Positions 9,766 through 20,558 of a stretch of 56,302 nt of DNA are shown in pieces. The notes below the pieces were generated by a model. That model had not been told where the DNA came from and made no database searches. It worked only from the letters and a program-made list of their open reading frames with translations. A program made the translations under genes and the position numbers. Origin of the DNA: Nanobdellati archaeon. GTDB taxonomy: Archaea > EX4484-52 > GLR71. Each line of letters opens with the position of its first letter. The first letter of the stretch is position 1. The stretch is from the NCBI GenBank assembly GCA_019429005.1, contig JAHYJR010000006.1:1-56302 (forward strand). Direction: 5' to 3'.

Positions 9766-11334
9766 ATGATTATTATGAATAAAACAAAACTAATTAAAAA
9801 GGGTTTTATTGCTGAAGGTATGACCTGCACTTCTTGCGAGAGTATAATAAAACGGCAAGTGATGAAAGTCAAAGGTGTCAAAAGTGTTTCAATTGATTAT
9901 GTGAATGAAACGGGGTCTGTAACATTTGATGCAAATCAGACTGATATTGATGCAATATTAGATTCAATTGAAGCTAAAGGATACACTTGTTTTATTGCTG
10001 AAGAAGGTGGTAATGATTCAAAAGGTAAGGTTATTGGTAATGGTAGTAGTAATCTATCTAATATAATTAATAACAAGACATTTGGTGCTATATTTAGTAT
10101 TATAGGACTTCTTCTTGTTGGATATTTTGTTATGGGTTTTGTTGAAGGATTTGATATGCCTGCACTTGATCAAAATATGAGTTACGGATTATTGTTTCTT
10201 GTAGGTATAATGACAGGTTTTCATTGTGTTGGCATGTGCGGTGGTTTTGTTGTGAGCTATACTGCAAAAGATGCTCAGAATGGTGTCAGTTCATATAAGT
10301 CTCATTTTAAATATGGTTCTGGTAAATTGATATCTTATACTGTAATGGGTGCACTTTTTGGTCTACTTGGTTCAATCATCGCATTTACACCAATGATGCG
10401 TGGGGTTGCAGGAATTATTGCAGGGTTATTTTTAATATTATACGGTTTGAAGATGCTTAATATATTTCCAAGTCTTCGTAAATTTTCAATTAGGATGCCA
10501 AAATCGCTTTCACGGTTTATTGGTAAGGAAGAAAGTAAAAATGCATCAAATCCATTTGTTATAGGTCTTTTGAATGGTTTGATGTTAGCGTGCGGTCCAT
10601 TACAAGCTATATATATAATGGCAGCTGGTAGTGGGAGCATGATTGAAGGAGCTAAATTGCTTTTCGTTTTTGCTCTTGGAACATTACCTGTCATGCTTGG
10701 TTTTGGTTACATTACAAGTAAAATATCATTAAAAATGACACATAATATACTAAAGGCGTCTGGACTTATTGTGATGCTTCTTGGTATCTTTATGTTAAAT
10801 AATGGTCTTGTGCTTACAGGTAGTGGTTATGATGTTGGTTCTATTATGGTTGGTGCATTTGGAATATCTCCTGTAAATATAGGTTCAAGTTCGGCTTCAA
10901 GTTCAACATCGAATTCAGCATCATATAGTTCTAAAAGTGTAATTGAAATGGATTCTGATGGTTATCAGGTAATAAGGATGGATGTTGATCGTTATGGTTG
11001 GAGTCCGGATAAGTTTGTGCTGAAAAAAGGAGTTCCTGTCAGATGGATTATTGATGGTCTTGAGATAACTGGTTGTAATAATGCGATACAGGTTCCAAAA
11101 TATGGACTTGAATTTGATATTAAAAAAGGTGAGCAGGTTATAGAGTTTACACCTGATGAAGTTGGTGTAATTAGATGGAGCTGTTGGATGGGTATGATTC
11201 CGGGTATGTTTATTGTACAGGATGATGTTGATCTTAGTTCTCCACGTAAGGTACAGGATATTATTGATTCAGCACCTGCAAATGTTGGTGGTTCCTGTGG
11301 TGGATCTGGTGGGGGTTGTGGTTGTGGCGGTTAA
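9766..11334 (+). CDS. HMA + DsbD_2/TauE-like membrane domain + cupredoxin-like C-terminal domain
   Basis: GMTCTSC; HCVGMCGG and ACGPLQ TM motifs; C-terminal GCNN...SCWMGM; Cys/Gly tail. Confidence 0.88.
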   Translation: MIIMNKTKLIKKGFIAEGMTCTSCESIIKRQVMKVKGVKSVSIDYVNETGSVTFDANQTDIDAILDSIEAKGYTCFIAEEGGNDSKGKVIGNGSSNLSNIINNKTFGAIFSIIGLLLVGYFVMGFVEGFDMPALDQNMSYGLLFLVGIMTGFHCVGMCGGFVVSYTAKDAQNGVSSYKSHFKYGSGKLISYTVMGALFGLLGSIIAFTPMMRGVAGIIAGLFLILYGLKMLNIFPSLRKFSIRMPKSLSRFIGKEESKNASNPFVIGLLNGLMLACGPLQAIYIMAAGSGSMIEGAKLLFVFALGTLPVMLGFGYITSKISLKMTHNILKASGLIVMLLGIFMLNNGLVLTGSGYDVGSIMVGAFGISPVNIGSSSASSSTSNSASYSSKSVIEMDSDGYQVIRMDVDRYGWSPDKFVLKKGVPVRWIIDGLEITGCNNAIQVPKYGLEFDIKKGEQVIEFTPDEVGVIRWSCWMGMIPGMFIVQDDVDLSSPRKVQDIIDSAPANVGGSCGGSGGGCGCGG

Positions 11335-11381
11335 ACGTCATAATCAGAACTTATTAGTTTTTTATTAAGGGGTGAATTTAT

Positions 11382-11867
11382 ATGAAAAAAAATGATGTTA
11401 TTAGAAAAATGATTATTATGTTAGTTGTATTTATGGCTTTGTTTGTTTCGGGCTGTATTACATATGAGTCTGATAGTGTGTCATCATCATCTGAATCTTT
11501 AGCTAATGCAGAGTTTCAATCTGCAGACTTTATCAAGATTCCTGTATCGTATGTTACAGATACTATGAAAAAATATACCTTAAATGTTGGTGGTGTCAGT
11601 GTTGTATATTTTACGGTCGTAGGTAGTGATGGTGTGATTCGGACTGCTTTTGATGCATGTGATGTGTGTGGCGGTTCAAAAGGATATCGTCAGGATGGTA
11701 CAGATGTTGTGTGTAATAACTGTGGCAAATATTTTGCTATAGATGATATAGGCAGTAAAAATGGTCCAGGTGGTTGTTGGCCAAGTTTCCTTGACCATAA
11801 GGTTGAAGATGGCTTTGTAGTTATCAATGAGAAAGATGTAGCAGATGGTGCATTTAGGTTTAGATGA
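11382..11867 (+). CDS. DUF2318-like Cys-rich lipoprotein
   Basis: Lipobox-like FVSGC; DACDVC..GY.Q.G..VVCNNCG..GGCWP. Confidence 0.8.
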   Translation: MKKNDVIRKMIIMLVVFMALFVSGCITYESDSVSSSSESLANAEFQSADFIKIPVSYVTDTMKKYTLNVGGVSVVYFTVVGSDGVIRTAFDACDVCGGSKGYRQDGTDVVCNNCGKYFAIDDIGSKNGPGGCWPSFLDHKVEDGFVVINEKDVADGAFRFR

Positions 11868-11942
11868 ACTTTATGACGTCTGTAATAAGAGTATGTTAAT
11901 AATATGTACAATTAAAAGATAAACAAATTAGGATGATTAATT

Positions 11943-14366
11943 ATGGGAAATATTATATTAAATATAAAGGGGATGCATTGTGCAAGTTGTTCTACTATAC
12001 TTGAGCGTGCGTTTAAAAAGACCGATGGTGTTAAAGCTGTAACTGTAAATATCATAACCAATAAAGCGACGCTTGAGTTTGATGCAGATAAAGTTGATGT
12101 TAGCGCGTTAATCAAGATTGTTGAAAGTAAAGGTTATAGTGCAGATGTTTTTGATGATAAAGCTAATAGTGCGAAATCTGAGGATTCTGGAAAAACTGTA
12201 TTAGATATCAAAGGTATGCATTGTGCTAGCTGTTCTACAATGGTTGAGCGGGCACTTAAGAAGGTTGAAGGTGTAAAATCTGTAAATGTAAATATCACAA
12301 CTAATAAAGCAACGGTTGAGTTTGATTCGAATAAAGTTCATGTTAGCGCTTTAATAAAGACTGTTGAAAGTAAAGGTTATACTGCAGAAGTATCTGGGAC
12401 TAAGATTAAGACTGATTCTGGTAAAGTTCAAGATGAATTTGCAGATATAAAGAAACGCCTTATGGTAAGTATTATATTAACATTTCCCGTTTTGATTCTT
12501 GGAATGTTTTTTATGACAGATCCAATTCCTTATCAAGATTATATTATGTGGATTCTTGCAACACCAGTTCAATTTATAATTGGATATCCTATGTATAAAA
12601 GTGCTTATGCTGCTTTAAAAGGCGGTTTCTCTAACATGGACACACTGATTGTGATGGGGACAACGGTCGCATATATGTTTAGTGTTTACACAGTTCTTTC
12701 AGGTATAGGACATCAATATTTTGAAGCGAGTGCTGTGCTTATAACAATCGTAATATTTGGAAGGTATCTAGAAGCAAAAGCAAAAGGTAAAACTTCTGAG
12801 GCTATAAGTAAATTAATTGGTCTTAAACCAAAAACAGCAACAGTATTTAGAGATGGTAGAGATGTTAAGATTCCAGTTGATGATGTTTTAGTTGGTGACA
12901 TCATAATAGTAAAACCTGGTGAAAAGATACCTGTTGACGGTATTGTTACTGAAGGACATTCATCTGTTGATGAGAGTATGGTGACTGGTGAAAGTATGCC
13001 TGTTGAGAAAAGTAGAGGCGATAATGTTATAGGTGCTACAATAAATAAACAGGGGACTTTTAGATTTGAAGCAACAAAGATTGGTACAGATACAACTTTA
13101 GCACATATAATCAAATTAATTGAAGATGCTCAAGGTAGTAAGGCACCGATACAAAGATTTGCAGATATGATTTCTGCTTATTTTGTTCCTGGTGTTTTAA
13201 TTATCGCATCTTTAACATTTGTTACTTGGTATTTTGTGATGGGTGCATCTATAGATTTTGCAATTCTTACAAGTGTTGCAGTTCTTGTGATTGCATGTCC
13301 ATGTGCTCTGGGTCTTGCGACACCTACGGCTATTATGGTTGGAACCGGTAAAGGTGCTGCAAGTGGTATTTTGATTAAAGGTGGTGAGGCTCTTGAAACG
13401 TCTCATAAGATTTCATCTGTTATAATGGATAAAACTGGTACAATTACAAAAGGTAAACCCGAACTTACTGATCTTGTTGTAACAAGTGATATGAGTGAAG
13501 ATGAACTTTTGACTATTGCAGCTAGTATTGAGAAAGGAAGTGAACATCCTTTAGCTGATGCTATTGTTAATGGTGCGAATGCTAAGAATCTTAAATTGAA
13601 AACTGTTACAGATTTTGAGGCAATTCCTGGTCACGGTATAAAAGCTAGTATTTCAAATGTGAAATATCATATGGGCAATATTAAGCTTATTGGTGAGATG
13701 GGCATTAATGCAGAGTCTCATAAAGAAAAGATGTATGCTCTTGAGGATCAAGGTAAGACTGTAATGCTTCTAGCATCTGGTAAGAAATTGTTAGGTATGG
13801 TAGCTGTTGCTGATACTATTAAAGATACATCTAAAGAAGCTATTTTAGAGCTTAAGAAGTTAGGCATAAAGGTCTATATGATAACTGGTGATAATAAGCG
13901 AGCTGCAAAAACAATTGCAAATCAATGTGGTGTTGATGAATTTTTTGCTGAAGTCTTGCCTAAAGATAAGGCCGGATATGTAAAAAAACTTCAAGGTGAA
14001 GGTCATGTTGTTGCAATGGTTGGCGATGGTATCAATGATGCACCGGCTTTGGCTCAGGCTGAGATTGGTATTGCAATGGGTTCAGGGACTGATGTTGCAA
14101 TGGAAACGGGCGATATCGTGCTTATGAAAGATGATCTTCGTGATGTTGCGAAAGCTATCAAGTTAAGTAGGATGACTATGGTTAAAATAAAACAGAATAT
14201 GTTTTGGGCATTGATATATAATACGCTTGGAATACCTGTTGCTGCTGGTTTATTGTATCCTATGTGGGGCATTTTATTGAATCCTATGCTTGCAGGTGGT
14301 GCAATGGCTTTGAGTTCAGTCAGTGTTGTATCAAATTCGCTTCTTCTAAAGATGCGAAAGTTATAA
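11943..14366 (+). CDS. copA: Copper-translocating P1B-type ATPase
   Basis: Two GMHCASC HMA domains, [29 protein letters not shown]. Confidence 0.97.
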   Translation: MGNIILNIKGMHCASCSTILERAFKKTDGVKAVTVNIITNKATLEFDADKVDVSALIKIVESKGYSADVFDDKANSAKSEDSGKTVLDIKGMHCASCSTMVERALKKVEGVKSVNVNITTNKATVEFDSNKVHVSALIKTVESKGYTAEVSGTKIKTDSGKVQDEFADIKKRLMVSIILTFPVLILGMFFMTDPIPYQDYIMWILATPVQFIIGYPMYKSAYAALKGGFSNMDTLIVMGTTVAYMFSVYTVLSGIGHQYFEASAVLITIVIFGRYLEAKAKGKTSEAISKLIGLKPKTATVFRDGRDVKIPVDDVLVGDIIIVKPGEKIPVDGIVTEGHSSVDESMVTGESMPVEKSRGDNVIGATINKQGTFRFEATKIGTDTTLAHIIKLIEDAQGSKAPIQRFADMISAYFVPGVLIIASLTFVTWYFVMGASIDFAILTSVAVLVIACPCALGLATPTAIMVGTGKGAASGILIKGGEALETSHKISSVIMDKTGTITKGKPELTDLVVTSDMSEDELLTIAASIEKGSEHPLADAIVNGANAKNLKLKTVTDFEAIPGHGIKASISNVKYHMGNIKLIGEMGINAESHKEKMYALEDQGKTVMLLASGKKLLGMVAVADTIKDTSKEAILELKKLGIKVYMITGDNKRAAKTIANQCGVDEFFAEVLPKDKAGYVKKLQGEGHVVAMVGDGINDAPALAQAEIGIAMGSGTDVAMETGDIVLMKDDLRDVAKAIKLSRMTMVKIKQNMFWALIYNTLGIPVAAGLLYPMWGILLNPMLAGGAMALSSVSVVSNSLLLKMRKL

Positions 14367-14399
14367 TAGTGAATAGATATAATTAAAATCGTGATATGT

Positions 14400-15134
14400 A
14401 TGGCAAATAAACATAAAGTTAAGGGTAATGCTGGTAATGATGTAGGTAATACTAGTATTAAAAATATGAATGGTATTATTAAAATGATTCTAGCTTTTGT
14501 AATTATTTTTTCCTTTATGGTTTTTTTAATACAAGGGGTATCACCTGTAGAATATGTTTATTCTAAATTATTTCATGAGTCTATAGATTTGTCAGATACA
14601 TCTGTAATGTCTGTACTTGCTGATGATGATGCTGTTAAAGGTAATCTGGATGCGAAAGTGACTATTGTTGAATGGAGCGATTTCGAGTGTAGTTTCTGTG
14701 CAAGATTTTACCGTGACACATTACCATCTATACAGAAAGATTATATTGATACAGGAAAAGTTAAGTTCATATTTAGGGATTTCCCATTAGAATTCCATAC
14801 GTCAGCACAGAAAGCATCTGAAGCGGCTGAATGTGCGGGTGAACAGGATTCATATTACTTGATGCACGATATGTTGTTTGAAAATGGTGTATTTGGTGGT
14901 GTTGATTCATATAAGCGTTTTGCTTCGGATTTAGGTTTGGATAGGGGTGCTTTTGATGAATGTCTTGATTCAGGTATTATGGCAAATGAGATTGCCAAAG
15001 ATCTTAATGATGGAAAGGATGTTGGTGTTAAAGGTACACCTGCTTTTATAATCAATGGTCAGTTCATATCTGGTGCACAACCATATTCTGTCTTTAAAGA
15101 TATTATTGATAAAGAGCTTGCAAGTGTTGTGTAA
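14400..15134 (+). CDS. Membrane-anchored DsbA/thioredoxin-fold protein
   Basis: WSDFECSFC, RDFPL, GVKGTP motifs. Confidence 0.9.
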   Translation: MANKHKVKGNAGNDVGNTSIKNMNGIIKMILAFVIIFSFMVFLIQGVSPVEYVYSKLFHESIDLSDTSVMSVLADDDAVKGNLDAKVTIVEWSDFECSFCARFYRDTLPSIQKDYIDTGKVKFIFRDFPLEFHTSAQKASEAAECAGEQDSYYLMHDMLFENGVFGGVDSYKRFASDLGLDRGAFDECLDSGIMANEIAKDLNDGKDVGVKGTPAFIINGQFISGAQPYSVFKDIIDKELASVV

Positions 15135-15188
15135 GTTCTTTTCATAAAACTATAAAAACAATAAGATATAATTAATATTGTGTTAGTT

Positions 15189-15404
15189 ATGAAAAAGGAA
15201 ATATCTGTAGATCTTCCAGAAGGCAAACTTGGTCTTTTTTGGATTATGGGTGCGTTAGCATTTACTCTTTCTGCGTGGATTATAGGTCATAGTGGTGCAC
15301 AGAGTCCACTTACGTTTATTGCATTTTTGCTTATGTTGTTTTCAGGTCTTGCCTGGATTGGTGTAAGTGTTGGTGTTGCTCATCATAATAAAACTAATAA
15401 ATAG
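15189..15404 (+). CDS. Small 2-TM membrane protein
   Basis: Two hydrophobic segments. Confidence 0.65.
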   Translation: MKKEISVDLPEGKLGLFWIMGALAFTLSAWIIGHSGAQSPLTFIAFLLMLFSGLAWIGVSVGVAHHNKTNK

Positions 15405-15418
15405 AGGTTGGTGTATTT

Positions 15419-15631
15419 ATGTCAGGCATTCCAGAGCAAAAACTCGCTATTGAGTGGTTTGTATCAACAGTTCTTTTTTATTATGGAATATGGGTTGCTG
15501 TAAATGTTGAAATGGTTCTTGGTGTGACACAAGCGTCATATATTTTTGCTTTTTTAGTATCTTTTGCAAGTGTTGTTGTGGCTTCGCTTCTTTTGATTAA
15601 TATTGCAGCTGAAGTTGTAAAAGATCTTTAG
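15419..15631 (+). CDS. Small 2-TM membrane protein
   Basis: Two hydrophobic segments; GAGGT element upstream. Confidence 0.65.
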   Translation: MSGIPEQKLAIEWFVSTVLFYYGIWVAVNVEMVLGVTQASYIFAFLVSFASVVVASLLLINIAAEVVKDL

Positions 15632-15699
15632 GGTTTGGGTTTTATTGTTTTTTTTAAGAATTTTATAACAAGGTTTTTATACATTTTTAATTCTAAGAA

Positions 15700-16278
15700 T
15701 TAATTGTTAAATTCAATATCTAAAGTGCTACTTATTTCATAATAACAGGAACCTACGGAGGTTATGCCTAGTTTATGTTCAAATTCACGTTGTACGATTG
15801 TTTTATTTAGTAAGTAACTTGCAATGTATACGGTACATGCTGTAGTTACAAGGGAACTTCTTCTATAATATTGGTATTCATCAACGTCTTTATATTGTGT
15901 AAGTATTTAAGTTGCTTTTTCTTTAATCTCTTCATCTGCTTTAAGTATATTTACGATTGCATTAACTCTATCAATAGCTTCAATATGGAAGAGACCTGTT
16001 TTTTGTCTTGCAGAACTTAAATATTTACTTTTTGATTTAAGGATAACGCCACCGATTGCACATGAATTTTGATTACAAGCTAATCTTAAGGCTGCAACAC
16101 AATTTTTTTTTTTTTGAGGTTGTTTTAGAGAATCATCTTTTATTATTTGATATATCTTTACAGCATCTTCGAATAATATAGATTTGGATTTGTCTGAAAG
16201 TCTTGTTTTACCTAACCACAATTTTAGGTTTTCTTTTTCATTATATGCTTTTGGCAGTTTATCACTAAAATAATATGA
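15700..16278 (-). pseudogene. Divergent TFB/TFIIB cyclin-repeat-like gene, interrupted
   Basis: Frame continues past TAA 15907-15909 (KEKAT*ILTQY...TTACTVYIASYL...QREFEHKLGIT); both halves resemble TFB repeats; no ATG start and no Zn ribbon. Confidence 0.6.
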
Positions 16279-16290
16279 TTAATTATAATT

Positions 16291-18180
16291 TTATATTTCT
16301 TTAGACTCTTTAATTATTTTCTTAGCGTCTTGGTATACGACACAGCTTTCAGAACAAAGGTTACAGTGTGTACAGTCTTTTTTGATTATGACTTTGTCTT
16401 TGATTTCTATTTGTTTTGTTTTACATTTGGATTTGCATAATTCGCATAATGTGCATTTTTCGAATCTGATAATTGTTCTAACTACATCTTCTGCAATTTT
16501 AATAGCATCATTTTTAGTTTTTGCTTTTGAGATGATTTGTCCGCCTGCAAATATTTTTGCATTACCAATTTTTGTTTTTACTGAAACAATTCCAAGATTT
16601 TTTGAATATCTTGTTGTACCTAAAACATTAAGATAATTTTCAGCATATTCAATGTCAAATTGTCCTTTTAGCATTGATTCAATGCTTATGATTTTATCAT
16701 GACATGCAGGTTTTCCTTGAGTTATCTGAACTGAATATTTATGTTCTCTGTTTTTTGGAATCATTTGTATGTTGAGTTTTTGGCTAAGGTTCAGAATTTT
16801 GTTTGGATGATGTTTCCATCTCCAAAAACCAAGAGAAATATATCTTTTTTCAAGACCGTTTCTTCTTGCCCATTCAATAAGGAAATTTGACCATGCATTA
16901 TATTCGTTAGGTTTTATTTGTTTTAATGTATTGAATTCACATTCAAGTTGAGCAGGACATAGGAAGCATCCAATTCTCTCTAATCCTGCATCATATAATT
17001 TGTTATATTCTAGTTCTTTTTTTATTATGTATAACCAGACATCTATTGATTTCCAGTTAAGGATAGGGTAGACACTTATTTGTTTTGTTATAAATGGATT
17101 TTTTTCGGATTCTTTTGAAGTGCTTCTTGAGAATGATTCTAATTTTCGTCTTCCTTCAAATGTGGTACAGCCTTTATCGCCGTATTTAGCATCGATGAAT
17201 TCTACAAGTGGTTGATATTTTAAACTTTTACAGCACCATCTATAATCTTTTGCAGGTGGACCAAACTTTTCTGCAAGTTTGAAAAAGTCTTTATTATTTT
17301 TTATAACATTTATTTTAATTTTTCGTGATTTTGAAACTTTTTTTACATGTTCTATTGTTTCACTAAATTCAAGACCTGTGTCAATAAAAAATACATCAAC
17401 ATCTTTTATTGTTTCTAGGGTAAGGTCAAGCACTACAAGACTGTCTTTTCCACCACTGAATGCTACATTGTTTCTTGTTAGACCTGTTGAATATTTCTTT
17501 ATTGTCTCTTTTGCTCTTTTTTCAATGGCTGCCATATATCTTTTATTTGCATTCAGAATTTTTTTTATAGATTGATCTTTTGTAGAAAATGTAATGTTGT
17601 CTGTTACATCAAGTATTTTTATGTATTGTTCATATGATTTTTCTTTAATTTGACCTAGTGCAACTTTATTGTTTTTTAATATTATTGTTACATAATTGCC
17701 TTTTTTTAGAGTTTTATCAAGGTTTTCTATTGCATCTTTTGAGATATATTTACCTTTTAAGTGTCCTGTTGTCTCTTTTGCAGTAAGTTTGTTTTCACGA
17801 CTTACATCTTTTAGCATGCTTGCGCCCTTTGCTGTTGGTATGAATATGTATCTTTGAAGATCAAATGAAATTAGACCAAACATTTCACCATCAATGATGA
17901 TTTCTTCGGTTTTGTCTATATCAGGGCGTCTGTTTAAAATGATTATTTTTTTCTTTATGATTTTTGCAGAATGTTCACCATATATTTTTGCTATCGCTTC
18001 TGCTATTTTTTTTTTATCATGACTTAATGCGATTTTCACATCTCCAGGTCCTGATATTTTTATTGCTTTGCCTTTATTTCCACATAAGTCACAGGTTTTT
18101 CCAGTAAGAGGGACGTTACACTGTTCACACCATCTTACATGGCTTTCAAATTTTTGTGTTATGTTTCGGTTATGTGCCAT
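16291..18180 (-). CDS. PAPS-reductase-family protein with N-terminal Zn-ribbon/PUA-like region and C-terminal 4Fe-4S motifs
   Basis: AFSGGKDS, RWCCK, RIGCFLCP; CxxC pairs at N-terminus; CTLCELCKSKC...CTHCNLCSESC. Confidence 0.88.
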   Translation of the reverse strand: MAHNRNITQKFESHVRWCEQCNVPLTGKTCDLCGNKGKAIKISGPGDVKIALSHDKKKIAEAIAKIYGEHSAKIIKKKIIILNRRPDIDKTEEIIIDGEMFGLISFDLQRYIFIPTAKGASMLKDVSRENKLTAKETTGHLKGKYISKDAIENLDKTLKKGNYVTIILKNNKVALGQIKEKSYEQYIKILDVTDNITFSTKDQSIKKILNANKRYMAAIEKRAKETIKKYSTGLTRNNVAFSGGKDSLVVLDLTLETIKDVDVFFIDTGLEFSETIEHVKKVSKSRKIKINVIKNNKDFFKLAEKFGPPAKDYRWCCKSLKYQPLVEFIDAKYGDKGCTTFEGRRKLESFSRSTSKESEKNPFITKQISVYPILNWKSIDVWLYIIKKELEYNKLYDAGLERIGCFLCPAQLECEFNTLKQIKPNEYNAWSNFLIEWARRNGLEKRYISLGFWRWKHHPNKILNLSQKLNIQMIPKNREHKYSVQITQGKPACHDKIISIESMLKGQFDIEYAENYLNVLGTTRYSKNLGIVSVKTKIGNAKIFAGGQIISKAKTKNDAIKIAEDVVRTIIRFEKCTLCELCKSKCKTKQIEIKDKVIIKKDCTHCNLCSESCVVYQDAKKIIKESKEI

Positions 18181-18342
18181 TAGAGTCACTTATGTTATGT
18201 TTTTGATTAAGAATTATATATATTGGTTTATTTATGTTTATTTTAAAATATGAAATTTGTATAATCGTAAGAACTTGTGAAATTATTAATTATAAGATAT
18301 ACAAATATTTCATATTTTGTTATTAAAACTGTTATTTTAGTA

Positions 18343-18472
18343 CGAGCCTAGAGGGATTTGAACCCCCGACACCTAGGTATATCCCATAGCAGCGCATAAA
18401 TGCTCACCTTTTTTGGATCATAAACTGCTATGTCCGAAGCCTAGTGCTCTATCCAAACTGAGCTACAGACCC
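18343..18472 (-). tRNA. tRNA-Arg(TCG) with 55-nt intron at 37/38 (intron 18379-18433)
   Basis: Cloverleaf GGGTCTG/TAGGCTC, anticodon stem CTAGG/CCTAG, GGTTCAAATCC; 75 nt after splicing; relaxed BHB. Confidence 0.93.
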
Positions 18473-18608
18473 AAAGATTATTTGTGTTTTAACTTTTTAA
18501 GTTAATCTGTTTTTCTGAGAAAAAATGTGTTGTTGTAGATTAAAAATGTTTATTTAAAAACTGATTTTTATTATGTATTTGATTTGTTGATACTTTTTTG
18601 AATCGTAT

Positions 18609-19194
18609 TTAAAAATATGCATCTTTTCGTGCAATCTCTAATGTTAGCATATCTTCTGCGAAATCGTAAAGATTCTGTGCTTCTAATTATTTTTTGATTG
18701 ATTTTATTCGTCTTGTATTAAATAAATCTGCTTCAATCGGATTTTTAAGAATATATTGAAGGTCATCTTTGTATTTGTATATTAGCTCCTTATAAATATG
18801 TTTTGATATTAAGGCTTCTTGTTTTATTAATATCAGATGTTGATTTATATTTTTCATATATTAATGTATCAAATATTTCGTATAGCATCTCGTGAGCTTT
18901 TGTAATTCCCGTAATTGATGCAAGTGCTTCAATTCTAGAGTCTATCACGTCTTTTTTTAATTCATCGTTATTTATTTCCGAACCGAGTTCTTGAAGCCTA
19001 TCGTCCATTATACACATTGATAAATAATTATCCAATTCCGGTGTAATTTTGTGTATAATTTCAGTTATATATGTTATATGGTCTAATTCGCTTTGTTTAA
19101 TAAGTATATTTATATTTGTTTCAATTGATTCATTAAAATAAATGATATCTTCTAATTTATGTAATTCATCTTTTGATGGAAGTCTTTTAAACAT
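18609..19194 (-). pseudogene. Degraded paralog of the adjacent unknown gene
   Basis: EALASITGITKAHEMLYEIF matches neighbour ESLAEISGIIEAHELLYELF; after a frame change LIYKYKDDL...KK*LEAQNL...RKDAYF matches the neighbour's C-terminus. Confidence 0.7.
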
Positions 19195-19262
19195 AATATT
19201 GTTATTATAAAATCTAACTTTATATTATTCATTGCTGTAAAGTCGTAAAAGTATTGTTTAGT

Positions 19263-19979
19263 TTAGAAATAGGTTTCTTCTCTTATGATTTTGAATTTAA
19301 GTATATCTTTTGTGAATCTTTTGAGGTTTATTGCTTCAATTTTTTTGTATATGGATTGTGTTTTTATTGTATTGAATTTGTTGTATTTATCTATGTCTTC
19401 CATAATCTCTTTAAAATCATCAGAATATTTATGTGTTATTTGTTCGGTTAATTTTTTGGTTACTCCTGATTCAAGTTCTATCATTTTTGAGAGATCAATA
19501 TATTATGTAAGGAATTTATAGACTTTAGCGGTTTCATTCAATCTTTTTTGAAAATCATAAGGACCTTCTTGCTTTATTGCGTCTCCGCATTCTTTTGAAA
19601 CCCTATTTATAAATTGTATATTTATCATTTTTTGATATGTTATTCTTTCAAAAAGTTCATATAACAATTCATGTGCTTCTATAATTCCAGATATTTCTGC
19701 TAATGATTCTGTTTTCACATTATTGATATTATATTGTAATCTTTGTTTTTGTTCGTCTGCATTATTTATATTTATTAATTCGGTTTCAGCATTAAAAACT
19801 TCTAAATATTCATGAATGTTTGGTGCTAGTCGAGTTATAATATTATCAAGATATGTGTCAGAATCTAATTTACTTTGATGTGCAAGCATTTTTTTGTTTT
19901 TGTCGATACTTTGATTAAATAATCCAATATCTTTAATTTTATTTAATTCTATATCTGATAGATCTCGTTGAACAATCAT
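19263..19979 (-). pseudogene. Unknown helical protein split by one in-frame TAA
   Basis: ORFs 19503-19979 and 19263-19484 share a frame: KFLT*YIDLSKMIELES. Confidence 0.7.
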
Positions 19980-20084
19980 ATTGTTATTACAAATGTTTAA
20001 TTTTATATTTGTTACTTGTAGAATATAACAGTTAATGTGTGGTTAGAAGTGACCTTTTAAAGTTTTTCAAATCGGGGTCAATCA

Positions 20085-20555
20085 TTATTCAAGATTCTTA
20101 ATAAGCTCTTCAACATCTTTTTTGTTTTTTGTTGCGTTTAGAAGTTCGATTGCAAGTTGTTTTTTAAGTGTGAAATATTTTTCAAATATTTCTTCTTGTG
20201 ATATGTTTTCATTATTATAACGTCTCATAATTGCAGAATCTCTACCACCAGGACAACCATTTTTTCGAAGACAGCAATAAGACATTGAACCAAAGCAGAC
20301 TAAGTCTGAATCCCAATCATGTTTTTTAGAAAAAGCGTCTTTTATTTTTATAAATTCTTCTTGTGTAAGGCCTATTGCATTTAGGACTGTGTCGCGTATA
20401 CATACTGAGCCGAATGTGAGATCATATCCCGGTTTGCAACAGAATGCAAGGGATCTTAGGTCTCCGCCATGGCAAAGTGGTACTGGTGCATCGCTCCATC
20501 CGGGAACATCTCTTGTATTAGCTGGGTTTATGTGTGTGTTCTCCATAAGTATCAT
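20085..20555 (-). CDS. Methanogenesis marker domain 9 (COG4008)-like Cys-rich protein
   Basis: W.DAP...C.GGDLR.LAFCC.P...CFGS..YCC pattern recognised by eye. Confidence 0.78.
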   Translation of the reverse strand: MILMENTHINPANTRDVPGWSDAPVPLCHGGDLRSLAFCCKPGYDLTFGSVCIRDTVLNAIGLTQEEFIKIKDAFSKKHDWDSDLVCFGSMSYCCLRKNGCPGGRDSAIMRRYNNENISQEEIFEKYFTLKKQLAIELLNATKNKKDVEELIKNLE

Positions 20556-20558
20556 CTA

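Noticed and set aside
11943-12400. Internal DNA repeat at the start of copA
   Set aside because: Explained by the two tandem HMA domains.
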